From: Eledone cirrhosa
Taxonomy: Eukaryota
NCBI GenBank assembly: GCA_964016885.1
Contig: OZ024741.1
Coordinates: 391,778,001-391,842,000 of the forward strand
Length of the DNA stretch: 64,000 bases
Direction: 5' to 3'
The notes beneath the pieces are model-generated. The model had not been told where the DNA came from and searched no databases. It saw only the letters and a list, made by a program, of their open reading frames with translations. Positions 38,906-52,729 of this stretch are shown in pieces; within the stretch, counting starts at the first letter, position 1, and every line of letters begins with the position of its first letter. Made by a program: the position numbers and the translations under genes.

Positions 38906-39069
38906 ATATATATATATAAGCAAAGAAAATTTCAATGATATGAAAGATTTCCTGGTGGAAGTACAGGTATACTCTGGGTTGGTATCCAGTTTCGGGGTGA
39001 AAATCCAATTAGAAAATCCAACGAAACAGATTGTGTTGTTATTTCTGTTTACCTTTTACATACATACAT

Positions 39070-39470
39070 ATCATCATCATCATCATCACCGTTTTATGTC
39101 CGTTCTTCCATGCTAGCATGAGTTAGACGGGTTGTCCTGTTGTGAGCAGTGTCCGGTCGGCTTACCTTGTCTTGCTCATACGGGAACTGATTCTGGCTTG
39201 ATTTCTACAGCTGGATGCCCTTCCTAACACCAACCTCATTTACACTGAGTGCTGGGTGCTTTTTTTCTGTGGCGCCTATACATCCACTTTACAGTGTCGG
39301 TTGGGTGCTTTTTTGCCGTGGCACCTCCACGACCACTTTGCAGTGGAATGATAGGGACCCCAGTCCTATCATCTCATTTCTACAGCTGAGTAAACTGGAG
39401 CAATTTGAAATAAAGTGTCTTGCTCAAGGAAACAACACATCACCCAGTCTGAGAATTGAACTCACAACCT
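39070..39470 (-). mobile_element. RTE-tailed SINE, 5' head truncated, longer RTE tail
   Basis: Same body as 38561-38905; the tail follows RTE 36455-36720 over a longer stretch. Confidence 0.8.
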
Positions 39471-39883
39471 TGTATATATATATGTGTGTAACAACAACAA
39501 TAACAATGAAGAGAACAACAACAACAATATTTTTAACAATCATAACAATAATAATAATGTTAACAGTAGGAAGAACAACAGCCATAATGACAATAATAGT
39601 AGTACACACAACAATAACGGTAGATTTAATGACAACCCCTTAGAAAACCTGTTCTTCAACTCAGCTGATAAAACATACAAGATGAATAAAATTTGTCCCA
39701 CTAAATTACCTTTTAATAAGAGTTTGTATACCACAACAAATAGATGAGGAGAGGCACAGTTTACCATAGCTAGAAATAAACTTAGAGAGGTAGTAGACCA
39801 ATATACTAAGAGACAAAACAGACCAGAAATCCAACAACTTGGAAGGAAACCTGTAGTAGGCCTACTTAGCCTCAAGCAGCGCA

Positions 39884-40192
39884 CAAGGGATGGTGAGGTA
39901 ATGTGTCTACCCACAGATAAATCTGGTAGGATGTCAATAGACAACATGCTAGACTATATCAAGGGATGGTGAGGTAATGTGTCTACCCACAGATAAATCT
40001 GGTAGGATGTCAATAGACAACATGCTGGACTATATCAAGGGATGGTGAGGTAATGTGTCTACCCACAGATAAATCTGGTAGGATGTCAATAGACACCATG
40101 CTAGACTATATCAAGGGATGGTGAGGTAATGTGTCTACCCACAGATAAATCTGGTAGGATGTCAATAGACAGCATACTAAACTATATCAAGG
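39884..40192. repeat. 76-bp tandem repeat, 4 copies, inside the Penelope ORF
   Basis: CAAGGGATGGTGAGGTAATG... starts at 39884, 39960, 40036 and 40112. Confidence 0.95.
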
Positions 40193-42450
40193 CTATGCTA
40201 CCCCACATCATCAACATGAGTGAAACAACACAACAAAAACATGAGGAGAGAGAAAAGATCCTCAACACTCACATGATGAGGTGAACCAACATCCTAAAGC
40301 CAAGTAGATGCACAGCCAACAACTTCCAAGCGTCTAACGACATACCACCCTTGTATGGGCGCCGCAAAGCCCATAAGACAACCAACAACCCGACGACAGG
40401 ACCACCAACAAGACCTGTATGTGGAGCCAATATTGCTAGCAACTACAGGATCTCCTACTTTCTCTAGATGGTTGTACGCCCCATAATTAAGATGTCACCA
40501 GATATATGTGACAGCACAGAAGACTTCCTCAGCAGAATCAATGAATGCAACAACAACAAAAACTCAACTAATTGCATAATAGGCAGTATGGATGTAGTAT
40601 CACTGTACCCATCCATTAACATTGATTTTGCTGGAGAAAAATGTGTGGAGATAATCAGTGAGAGCAAAGTGGAGTTCTGCGACGTCGACACAGATGAACT
40701 GGGCCTCCTACTTAGACTTACTTATGACACCGAATACCTTGATAATCATGAGCTTAGCTGTTTCTGCCCCAGTAGACCTATAAGAGGTAGACACCATAAC
40801 CTCAATGGCTAAAAAGACTCCCATGGGAAGATGGAATGGCTGGACCAAAGCCATACGGACACCCCAAAACAATGATCAAGTGAGAAAAATGGTCGCACAT
40901 GCAATAGGGGCTAGTATTAAAACTACCCTAAAGGGCCATATGTTTAAATCTAAAGAAAAGATCTACACCAAGAATGAGGGAGCGGCCATTGGCGTCAGCA
41001 TAGCTGGCGATGTTACCAATCTATTTATGGTAGGGTGGGAGAGGAGACTCAGAGAACTCCTTGAAGAGAACTCCATAGACCTCGTCATGTACTCTCGTTA
41101 CCTAGACAATATTAATATAGTAATAAGAACACCTCCACAAGAGAGTACTAATAAACATGAATTAGAAAATAGCACAATAGAGAGCATCCAGCAGATAGCT
41201 AACTCCATACACCAGAGTATAACTGTTGACTACCCTTCCAAACACAGTAACAATAGACTATCAGTATTAGACATGGAACTCTGGATAAACACTATAGACG
41301 AGAGGGCCCAAATTCTCCACACACACTATGCTAAACCCATGGCCTCCGAATACCTGATACTCAAAAACTCAGCAAAATTCCAATAGCGCTAAGTTTAATA
41401 TTCTGATCGCAGACTTGGTAAGAGTGATGAAGAATGTGTCCCGTATGTTCTACCCAACTGAAATGGAAAGACACATCAAACACTTCATCAATCGCATGCA
41501 GTTCTCTGGCTACAACCAAAGAGACAGAATCAGAGTACACAAAGGAGCCACATAGAAATATAAGACCCCCATAGAAATGGACATGAAAGGAATTTGTTAA
41601 TTATACAGGAGCAAATCATGGAATAGCTTAGATAGGACTAAACATAAGATAGGGAAAGCCACTTCATGGTACAACAACCAGAGATACCAGAGTGTCATCT
41701 TTGTGGATGCTACCCCTTGAGGAAAATTAGCTAACCAATGTAGAAAGGTGCTAAGAAAGACCAATTTAAAGATTAAAGTGGTAGAAAGGCCAGGAACTAC
41801 CATAAAATCCCTGATCAGCAAGACATACCCCTTTAATAAAACCCACTGTACAAATAAGAAATGTGTTATATGTAAAATGAACCCCCAGATAAACTGTAAG
41901 ACTAGAAATGTAGTCTATAGTATAAGATGTACAGAGGGTACTTGCAGAAACATGACAATGACATACATAGGTGAGACAGCTCAAAGCATAGAAGAAAGAA
42001 TAGACCAACACTGGGGGGACTAAAAGGACAAAAAAAAAAAACGGTTCAGTATTATATGAACACGCTAGACAAAGACATGACGGTAATATAGACAACATAG
42101 AAATTAAAATATCATCTAAACATAGAAATGACTCAACAGGTAGACAAGTCTGAGAATCAACTGAGATAGAACTAAGAAGACCAAAGTTGAACAGAAAGAA
42201 CGAATGGAATAACAACAACCATACCCAAACAAACAATACTGACTTAAGGGAAATATAAATAAATATATACACAAGTACAATAACAACAAACACACATAAA
42301 CACACACTAGTGAACAAAGATAGAATACAAAAACAAAAACACATACATTCAAACGTTATATACACATGCAAACGCATGCGCAGAAACATAGACAAGAAGA
42401 AATAAATAAATAAAATAAAAATGGCGTAGACATTACAATACATGGGAGAA

Positions 42451-42492
42451 ACCACTGATGATGTTGCAGATGTGCGATGAAAGAACTTTGAT
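42451..42492 (+). ncRNA. Degenerate minimal hammerhead in the Penelope pLTR
   Basis: ACCA-CUGAUGA-UGUUGCA(GAUG)UGCGAU-GAAA-GAAC-UU-UGAU; stem I has a mismatch. Confidence 0.6.
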
Positions 42493-42764
42493 AGACTATA
42501 TATATATATTTATATCTGTATTTTTAACCACTGGTCAATCAATGATAAACATTGATTGCCAAATAAATTAACTATAGAGGTATAGAAGATACAGAAGCAA
42601 AAACCAACCCAAACCAAACAGTGAGTGTGTTCTGTTATTATTTCTGGCAATATTATAACAATATGATCCTCCCTAAGTATAACAATATTTGTTTTGACAC
42701 ACGATTTCATATAAAAAACCTTGCAAAACAAATTCATCATATATATATATATATAGGCTATAAC

Positions 42765-43980
42765 AGGAATTTAAGACCAGCTACCCATGAGAATCTCTGT
42801 ACGCGGATAATCTTACACACATAGCTGAATCTATGGTAGAACTAGAGAAGAAATTCCAAACATGGAAGTAGGGCCTAGAAAGAAGGGCTCTTAAAGTCAA
42901 CTTGACAAAGACTAAGGTCCTAGTAAGTAGAGGAGAAAACAGAACCCAGGTTCCCTCGTGGAAATGGCCTTGCTCAGTATGTAGGAAAGGTGTAGGTAGA
43001 AATTCCATCCTCTGTCCCAAATGCAAACTATTGGTACACAAGAGATGTAGTGGGATCTCAGGAAGTTTAGCTAAGAATTTAGACTTTACATATAGCAGTT
43101 GCACTGGGAGAGTAAGCAGCAAATGACCGCAGGAAACAAGCGCTACCAAATTCTGGGAGGAACAGTAGACAGCTTCTGCTACCTAGGTAACTAAATTAGC
43201 AGCTGAGGTGGGAAGTTCAGAGAGCTACTACCACTGCTATCAACAAAAGGTTTTTCCCTCAAAATGAAAGGCAGACTGTATGATGCGTGTATACGAACAG
43301 CAATGTTACATGGTAGTGAGGTATGGGCACTGTGTGCAGAAGACTTGTGTAGGCTGGAAAGAAATGAAGCTTGCATGCTCCAATGAATGTGTAATAGTAA
43401 TATATGTGAGCAGCAAGCAAAGCATAAGCAAACTGATAGAGAAACTAGGCATAAGAGGAATCAAATGTGTGCAAGAGAGAAGATTGCGTTGGTATGGACA
43501 TGTGATGCATATGAAGGATGACAGCTATATAAAAAATGCAGAGTGCTCAAAGTCGATGGAAGCCTTGGAGTAGGAAGATCCAGGAAGACTTGGGATGCAG
43601 TGATAAAAGCCAACCATGCCCAATTACACCTCTCAAGGGTGATGACGCAGGACCGAGATCGCTGGCGTTATGCAGTAATACAGAAGACCCACCTTGCCTA
43701 TGTACAAAGCGAAACCTAGTCAGTAGGCACCTCTTAACCAAATATACACCCCAATCCACTACCCTACCTTTGTAGAGATATCACAACAAAAAGCACCCAG
43801 TACTCACTGTAAATGAGGTTGGCATTAGGAAGGGCATCCAGCTGGAGAAACCAAGCCAAAATCAGTTCTGTATGAGCGATACATGGTCACCTGACCTAGT
43901 ATTGCTCATAACAGGAGAACTTGTCTAACCCATGCTAGCGTGAAAGAATGGATGTAAAATGGTGATGATGATGATGATAT
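42765..43980 (+). mobile_element. Decayed 5'-truncated RTE LINE
   Basis: Same PHD-like and RLRWYGHV regions as 36455-38035; (GAT)n tail. Confidence 0.9.
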
Positions 43981-43986
43981 ATATAT

Positions 43987-45145
43987 CATCATCATCATCA
44001 TCATCATCGTTTAACGTCTATTTTCCACGCTAGCATGGGTTTAGACAGGAATTGTCCCACTTGAGGCAAGATTGGTCGTCTCGCTCGTATAGGACTGTCT
44101 GGCGGGTTTTCTATGGCTGGATGCCCTTCCTAACACCAACCATGTTTACAGTGTAGACTGGGAGGTTTTTACCATATTACCTACATGGCCACATTACAGC
44201 TTGGACTGTGTTTTTTTTTTTGTCGCGGCACCTACACAACCTCCTTTATTTAGGACTGGATGTTGTAGTACCAACATAACTTTACAGAGAAAGTGGTGGT
44301 GTTGATGAGGGTAGGGGAGTTAGGGTAGTGGGTTGGGGGTGTATATTTGATTAAGAGGTGCCTACTGACTGTAGGTTTCGCTTTGTACTTAGGCAAGGCG
44401 GGTTTTCTGTATTACTGCATAGCGCCAAAGATCTTGGTCCAGTGACATTGTCTTGAAGAGGTGCAAGTGTGTAAGGTCGGAATATCAAATCATCCCAGGT
44501 TTTTCTGGGTCTGCCTACTCCGTAACTTCCGTCAATTTTGATCGCCCTGCACTTTTTTATACAGCTGTCGTCTTTCATGCGCATCACGTGACCATACCAA
44601 CGTAGTCTTCTCTCGAGTAAACAGCATCTGATCCCTCTTATACCTAATTTCTCACTTAGTTCGTTTATGCTTTGCTGTTCACGTATATTACTATTACACA
44701 TCCAACGGAGCATGCATGCTTTGTTCCTCTCCAGTCTGCAGAGATCCTCTGCACACAATGCCCAGGTCTCACTGCCATGTAACATTGATGTTCGTATGCA
44801 GGCATCATACAGTCTGCCTTTCATTTTTAGAGAGAAACCTTTAGCGGCCAATAGTGGTATAAGCTCTCTGAACTTTTTCTATCCCGTTCTGACTCTAGCT
44901 ACTGTACTTTCTGAACACCCTCCACCACTGCTGATTTTGTCACCCAGGTAATGGAAGGTGTCCACTATTTCTATAGAACCATCTGGGCAATAGGAGCTAG
45001 TATCCTGTGGGCACTTGCTACTTATTGCACCTGAGCACCGGCCACATATAAAATCTACGTTCTTAGATAGCTTACCTGTGATCCCACTACATCTTTTATG
45101 CACCCATACTTTGCATTTGGGACATAAAATGGAATTTCTGTCTAC
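43987..45145 (-). mobile_element. 5'-truncated RTE LINE
   Basis: ORFs 44351-44851 and 44879-45103 with RTE motifs; (GAT)n tail. Confidence 0.9.
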
Positions 45146-45602
45146 TAAAATATATCAAACTTAAGCCAAAATCTCATTTTGGTGGGATATAAGCCAAATC
45201 AGCTACAAAAAAAATAGCTTTAACTTATATAATACTCCGACCATGGTTTCTGAAACTCAAGATACAACATTGGGAACTCCAAGACTTTGGAATAACCAAT
45301 ATTGGAAGAATTTAAGTTTCTTCATTGAGAGAATTCTTCTTAAAAATAAAGGGACAAGTTGAAAATATATCATACATACCATGACGACAGTAAACGACAT
45401 GGTGAGATGTATGGATAACTTATTAATATATCTTGTCCTTTCATTGAGATGTTTATGTATTAGAGACAGTTAACTTTATAGAGTTATAAATTAATATATA
45501 TATATATACATGTGTGTGTGTGTAAAAAGTAAATAACATAGCAAACAACACAGTATAATGAAGAAATATATTAGTTTAACGCCTGAAACAATAGGAAAAG
45601 AG

Positions 45603-45638
45603 TCTTAACATTTCGGACACTAGTCCATCATCAGAAGA
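45603..45638 (-). ncRNA. Minimal hammerhead-like motif in a pLTR remnant (about 45520-45790)
   Basis: UCUU-CUGAUGA-U-GGAC(UAGU)GUCC-GAAA-UG-UU-AAGA. Confidence 0.65.
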
Positions 45639-46514
45639 TAGAATGAGAAATAAAAGATGAAATAAAAAGATAAAGAGCAAGAGGAAGGGACAGAAAAAAG
45701 AGAGGAAAAAACATACATGCCTATCCATTCAGCCATGAGAGAGAAATGAGAAAGACATACAGACAACCATCGTTGATAGAACGATAATTTCTGGTATGAT
45801 TGAAAGTATTTTAGATCATTCTCTACATCTTACCCAACCTTTATATTTTCATTTTACATTTGAATTTCAGGAATTCCAAATAAAATAATTTAGAATGCTT
45901 TTGACAAACAGTAGCATTTGTGTGACAGACATAAAGGATGTACAATTATTACAATAGATCTCAATCAGTTTTGACAACCAAGTTGTTCAATCAATGGAAC
46001 AACCTGAGATTAAAGTGTAAGTAGCTGAGCATTGCAAAGCCGCATGTATCCTTAACATAATTCTCAGGGAGATAAAACGGGACACAGTGTGTAAGAAGGC
46101 TGGTCCTTTGAATTACAGGTACAGATGTATGTCAATACACACAGAATATTGTTAATGGGGAAATGTCTCATTATTAATGGAACAAAGCTACGTTTAATTT
46201 TAAGAGTGGGAAACAGTTTCTTGAATATAACTTGCGTAGAACCTTTATCTCATTGCAAACATTATTCTCTGTCTATGAAACGTTTTCGTCTATAAGAGGC
46301 TTTTTATAGTACTAAATAGATGGCAGGTATTTCTCAACTTGTAGATGTGTGTATGTGTATTCTGGCTATACATGCGTACACACATATGTATAGCGAGAAT
46401 ATGAACAAGAAACAGCTCTCAATATATAAACAGAGCTAATTTATTATGATTTGTATGCATGAAAATTCCTTGTGTTTCATAGTCGGACACTCTTGCATTA
46501 GTACAAGCAATATT

Positions 46515-46720
46515 AGTCTTGGAGGTGTCACAACAAAAAGTACCCAGCCCACATTGTAAAGTGGTCAAGTAGGTGGCATGACAAAAAGTACCCATCCAAC
46601 ACTGTAAAGTGGTCATGTAAGAGTCACAACAAAAAGCACCCAGCACATGCTGTAATTGTGGTTGGCGTCAGGAAGAGCATCCAGCTATAGAAACCAAGCC
46701 AGAAACAGTTCTGTGTGAGT
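46515..46720 (+). mobile_element. RTE 3' UTR fragment with tandem modules of about 48 bp
   Basis: Matches 43780-43880 and the reverse complement of 53960-54290. Confidence 0.7.
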
Positions 46721-48479
46721 TATGTATGAGTATTTTGTATATCTAGTGATATACGGTATGTTTATGAATAAACATTTGAAAAGCTTCAGCTATGAATTTT
46801 GGAAGCTGATCACGTAACACCATCTAGTGGATCCCAGAAGTAAGGGTGGGTAACTGTCGATGATGATTATCATTTCTGACTCAGGTCATTATCAAGACAG
46901 TGCTCTCTTACCCTGCTCTCTATAAGCGAAAACATATAGTTTTGACACCTATGTACACGGGCTGATTAGCCTCATTTGCATATAGAGCTGTCAGCCAACT
47001 CGGCTGGAAAATAGAGTTACAGTGTTCACTCTTAACATAGCTGTATACATATAATCAATAGATATACAAAATACTCATATGTATAGAGCTATGTTAAGAG
47101 TGAACACCTTAATTATATATATATATATTAAACTGGTGTAGCTAAAACTGAAATTGATAAGGAGTGAAACATTCATTTTTTTTAATCATTAGGCATAAAA
47201 TGTTTTGTATTAAATTCTGAACTGTTATGAGATATATCTAACAATGATCCCAAATTAAATACATAACATTTTATATCAAATAATAAAAAAAATAATTTCT
47301 TCATTAATTATTGACTTCTAGTTTTATTTATACCAGTTTCATTTGAAACAGGCTGTTTCAAAAAAAAAGAAAAAGGCATCTACATAAATGTGTGTATGTA
47401 CATGTAGATACATAGGCAGCAAATTGGCAGTCATTAGAATGTCAGATAAGATGCTTTGTAGTATTTGTTTCAGCTCTCTGCTCTCTGTTCAAATCTTGGC
47501 AAGGTCCACTTTGCTTTCCTCCTTTCTAGGTCAAGTACTGAGGTCAATTCTTCTTCTATATCTCTTCCTCACTTCCATTCTCTCCCTCTCTATCCTTCTC
47601 TGGAAGAAGTCTGCTGTATTCAGACCCAGAGAGGAGATGGGTTTAGCCAGGTTTAAAAAATGCCCTAGAAACTCTGTACAACACTCCTACGATTCCACCA
47701 GGGGTTATGGGATCAAACATGTAGGTATCATTATCATCATGTAACACCTGCTCTCTCTTCTAGCAAAGATTGCATGGTCATCAATAGACCAGGTCAGTAC
47801 TCAAGTGGTGATACTGACTCCACAGATGAGCAAGGAGCCTGCATCTTGCTTACCACACTCTACTGAGTCTCCTCACTGATCAGCAGCTCACATACATATG
47901 ATCCCACATGCCGCCAAGCATTTTATTGTGACACCAACACTAGGAAAGTTGTCATATCTTTGACACAACTGAAGACTCCTCGTGACCCTTTGTGTGACAG
48001 GTTTTCAATGGCTGGATGCCCTTCCTATCACCAACCACTTTACAGAGTGTACTAGGTTCGTTTATCATGTAAATTACCAACTCCATGGAGGTTAGCTGAA
48101 GAGGCCTCATGGTTCTTTGTTTCTATAGTTAGATGCCCTTTATATTACCTACCACTGTCTTTCACACAACTAGAGTGTCCTCTCAACCCTTTTTGGCTTG
48201 GTTTCTACAGTGGGAAGCTCTTCCTGTCATCAACCACCTTACAGGGTGTACAGAGTGTTTTAGTTCATGGCACTAGCACTGGAGAGGTTGTTGGTCCTTT
48301 ACTCAACTGAAGTTCCCTCTCTACCTTAAGTGAGAGGAACGAGTGATACAACAAGCTGGGAGTCAGATATATGAGTATGGTGTCATAGGTGTATGACATG
48401 ATGGGATTTGATGAGTAGGGTGGGCAAAAATAAGATGGAGAATACAAAGGAATGATAGTGAAAGGGAGCATGGATGGGC

Positions 48480-50045
48480 TAGTAGGCAGGTCTTCACCAG
48501 TACAGCAATGTCATCAGTCCTTTTTTATCTCTGCTTTGAGATTCAGCTTCTTAAGGTCAGTCTTCATTGTGTCCTCCCATGTCTTCCTTGGTCTGCCTCT
48601 TCCATGAGTCCTACACACTAAGATTTCTCTGCATTTCTTTATACAGTTGTCAACATACCAACAGTCTTCTCTTCCACACTACATCCAATTCCTCTTATAC
48701 CAAATTTTCCTTTCGGCACTTTTATGCTATATTGTTCATGCACATTGACATTACACATCCATCAGAGCATATTTGCTTCATTTCTTTTTAGCCTTTGCAG
48801 GTCTTTTGCAGCCAAGGACCATGTTTCACCGCCATGTAATATTGCAGTTTGCACATAGGCATCACACAATCTATCCTTTACTATAAAAGAGAAGCCCTTT
48901 GCAGCAGGAGTTTCCTGAAATTCTTCCTCCCTGTTCTCACTCTGACTATATCATATTTAGTACATCCACTTCCACTAATAAGATCTCCTAAATAGCAAAA
49001 GTTTTCTACCACATTCCTTACCATTGATTGCCATGAAGTTTCACCTTTCCATCAGTCTACCTGTGATCCCACTATAACTTGTGACCAGTCAACACAGGGT
49101 ACACTAAATAAAATTCCTACCAATCTCTCTTTTCTAAACATTGAACATGGCCATTTCCCTGGTGGTTGCAGGGTTTACCCTTTTTATTACTACAACCTTA
49201 GTCTTTGCTAGGCTTACTTTGAGGCTCTTTGAGTTCAGATTTTGTTTCCATGTCTAGGCCTTCTTTACTAATTCTATCATTTTGACTATGAGAGCTATCA
49301 GCATACAGAAGCTCCCAAAGGCAATCTATCTTGAATTCCTTATGGGCTGGCAGACTATAATGAACATGAGGAGGCTGAGGACTGACTACATTAAACTCAT
49401 TACTGTACTGCCAATTCCTACCTTGTTAGTTGTACCTTTGTACATATGCAGTACAGCCATCGCAAGTCAAATTACAGAGCATGGGATTCTGTCAAAGCTC
49501 TTTTCCATGTTGATGTATGCTAGATATAGGGGTTTATTCTCAACTAAATACTTCTGCAACTGTCTAACTAGGAAGATGGCATCCTTAATACTTCTCCCAA
49601 ACACAAAGCCAAACTGATTCTCATCAAGATTAATTTTGTCCCTAATTAGTTGCGCAATTAGTTGCATTACCAGATTAACTATGTTTGTGACTATCTTGTG
49701 ACTTGTTCCAATCAACAGTTGAACCATTTCAGCAATAGCCCCTAATGATCCTGCTGCTTTTCCTACTTTCATATCCTTAGTTGCATACTGTTGTCAACTT
49801 TCATGGCTGGACCCTCAGGTGGATCTATTTTTTATAAACCCTCACACTCCCATGCACCTTCCTCATTCAACAACCTCTCGTAGTAATACTTCCAGGCTTC
49901 TTTCTTTTCAGTAGCAGTAAGGATAAGCTACAGTCATTCAACACACACTTCTCTCCCACAACATCTCAGTTCTTCCTGGTACATTCTCTTGCAATCCAGA
50001 ACACCTCCCACTTCTGATCCTCATGTTGCAGAACATAGACATTCT
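48480..50045 (-). mobile_element. Old decayed RTE LINE
   Basis: MKVGKAAG, QFGFVFGRSIKDAIFLVRQLQKYL, EKSFDRIP. Confidence 0.8.
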
Positions 50046-50251
50046 TCACCAGAGAAGACACTATTTATTTACAAATATATAGGCACTTTATAAAATATAC
50101 AAGCAGTCATTCATTTACAATATCGTAAAGGGCCATATTTAAGTACTTCATTTTATCTATCTCTTTTCAACAAACTGCTAAGTTACAGGACATAAACATA
50201 GACTCACATGCTAGCATGGAAGATGGACGTTAAACGAAGATGATGATGATG

Positions 50252-50284
<33 letters not shown>

Positions 50285-50304
50285 CATGTGTGTGTATGCA
50301 TGTA

Positions 50305-50600
50305 TATAGTTTTGGGTTCAATCACACAGCGAGGCAATTTGGGATAGTATCTTTTACTATAGCCTCAAATTGACCAATACCTTGTGAGTGAAATTTGGTA
50401 GACAGAAACCCATCATATATATATATGTGTGTGTGTGTGTGTGCATATGAATTTATGTTTACTGTTTGTTTATGTCCTAAAACTTAACAGTTTTACAAAA
50501 TCAGATGGATAAGATAAGTATCAAACTTGAAAAAATAAGTACTGGAGTTAACTAGATGGACTAAACCCCTTCAAGGCAATGCTCCAGCATGGCTGTAAGT
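50305..50600 (+). mobile_element. Decayed SINE
   Basis: GGGTTCAATC box; CCTTGTGAGTGAAATTTGGTAGACAGAAAC; CCCTTCAAGGC...CCAGCATGGC end. A reverse copy lies near 58500-58690. Confidence 0.55.
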
Positions 50601-50963
50601 ATAAGTGAATACACTATAAAGATGAAGTCAATAGTTTTGAATATTATAGACTTATTAACAACAATATTGCAGATATTTAGATTGTTACCAAAACAATTGC
50701 CTAAAATCTGCAGCTCACACTTTGACTAAATTGTGATACAAAATTTAAAAATAAAAAAAATAATTTAAAAACAGATTTCAGAGAAGGCAAAATATATATA
50801 AACCATGTACTATTGTAAAACTGATGAAAATAAAATACTTTAGTCTATAAATATGTGTGTGTGAGTGTGTGTATATATATATATATATATTTACACACAC
50901 ACACACTCACACACACACATATTTTTATATATTCCAGTGAAAAAAAAAGTAAGATAACTCCAT

Positions 50964-51069
50964 TCAGCTTTTCAATTCAAGATCTGTCCATTTTAAACTT
51001 TCTTCCCATAATTTCTTTCGGAAATCTTCATCTTGTGTACTTTCATGCCATTTCACAGGACTACATTCT
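50964..51069 (-). CDS. Last coding exon of a retinol dehydrogenase 11/12/13-like SDR
   Basis: TTTCCAG| acceptor at 51070; ECSPVKWHESTQDEDFRKKLWEESLKWTDLELKS*; phase matches the upstream exon. Confidence 0.88.
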
Positions 51070-51438
51070 CTGGAAAAAAAATCCAGACAATTAAAATATG
51101 ACTGTTGTAGAATTCCCAGATACATAAGAAAAGGAAAAGAGGCCATGCAGAAAGGTGGTACACAAGTTCAGGTAAACAGCTAGGGATTAGTCCAAGTGAT
51201 ACTAATAGGCAAACCCAATACCACCTTCAACATTAGAAAACAATACAAAAATGACCACCACAAAAAATATCTTTAACACTTTCATTACCATACCAGTGTG
51301 AGTCAAAAGTTTTTTTGTTTTATCACTGATAATTATTTTCTTTTTTTCTTTTTTGCAACTTGTATCTCCAAGTTGTATCATTAATTTCATACAACTTGGT
51401 CAATCATTGCTGAATTGTTTATTATTTATTTTCATATA

Positions 51439-52686
51439 TTAAGTCATTAAGTATGAAATGTTCTATTTCCTTAAGCACTAAGTTTAAGAGTCGCTATCTT
51501 TAACATTTGACCTCAAGAGTTCTTGGTTTTGTTTTATTATGCAGGTATTTCATTAGTTTTTCAAGTGCACATTTTGGTTTGTGATTGTCTTTTGAATTGT
51601 TTGTTTCAGATCAATTCTTGTGAACCCACAGATATGTAAAAGATTTGTGTTGTTTTTTAATATGAGTTTTGTCGTGGAACCAGTGCATCACAGAAAGCTC
51701 GAAACATCGAGGTGTTTGGCGAGGATGCGGCTGATGAATGCACAGTACATCGATGGTTTGAGAAGTTCCATTCCGGTGACTTTAATCTTGAAAATAAGCC
51801 ACGTAAGAGACCTGTGACCAAGGGGGATAATGATGAGCTGAAAACTGTAGTGGAAGCAGATACAATTGAAACCACTCAAGAATTAGCGGCAAGGTTTGAC
51901 ATTACTATTCCAACAATATTGGTCCATTTGAAACAAATTGGCAGGGTAAAGAAGCTGGACCAATAGGTTCCAAATGAATTGAACAAGCGTCAGAAGAGAA
52001 CTCGTCTCAAAGCATGCTGTTCTTTGCTGTCATGTCATAAAAGTGAATCAGTTCTGCATTGTATTGTTATATGTGACAAAAATGGACTCTTTTCAAGAAT
52101 CACACGTTCAGCACGATGGTTGGATAAAGTTGAAGTGCCAAAACACAGTCCAAAACAGAATATTCACCAAAAAAGCTAATGGTGTCTGTTAGATGGTCCA
52201 GTGCTGGTATCATCCACTACAGCTTTGTGAGACCTGACCAATCAATTACATCAGATGTATACTGCAACCAATTGGATGAAATGATGAGGGTGCTTGCAAT
52301 TAAAAAAGCTGAGGTAGATCAATAGAGACAACACTCAACCACATGTCACACAAACAACACTGCTCAAAATACAGGAGCTGGACTTTGAAACTCTCTGTCA
52401 TTCACCATATTCACCAGGCCTTTCACCAACTGACTGTCACGAGGCATTGGACCACTTCTTGAAAGGAAAAACATTCAATTCTCAAGAAGCTGCAAAAGCA
52501 GCCTTTCACGATTTCATTGCCTCATGCCCTCCAGGCTTCTTTGCTGTCGGTATAAACAAGTTACCGTTAAGATGGCAAAAGTGTGTTGATAGTTTAGGTG
52601 TATATTTTGATTAATTGCACTGCTTCTTTTTTGAGATAAAATAAACTAAACTTTCATACTTAGATATTTCATACTTAATGACCTGA
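51439..52686 (+). mobile_element. Full-length decayed mariner (DD34D-type), 1248 bp, intronic
   Basis: TIRs TTAAGTCATTAAGTATGAAAT / ATTTCATACTTAATGACCTGA with flanking TA; TVHRWFEKF, LENKPR, IVICD, HSPYSPGLSPTD. Confidence 0.9.
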
Positions 52687-52729
52687 TATAACATATAAGC
52701 ATAAATTGTTTATTTCTTATTTTACAGCT

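Larger units (their letters stand above)
39490..42500 (+). mobile_element. Decayed Penelope-like element (RT + C-terminal GIY-YIG endonuclease)
   Basis: PTDKSG, PPLYGRRKAHK, RPVCGA, GSMDVVSLYPSI, EGAAIG, YSRYLDNI, VLDMEL, Cys-rich linker C..KKCVIC..NC, NVVYSIRC..C..YIGET..ERIDQH; hammerhead-like motif at the end. Confidence 0.9.

Noticed and set aside
40280-41725. In-frame TGA codons in the Penelope ORF as selenocysteine
   Set aside because: The copy also has TAG/TAA stops and frameshifts, and the TGAs are not at evident Cys positions; ordinary decay is simpler.
51650-52615. SETMAR or domesticated transposase
   Set aside because: No SET domain, has stops and frameshifts, and retains TIRs with TA duplication.
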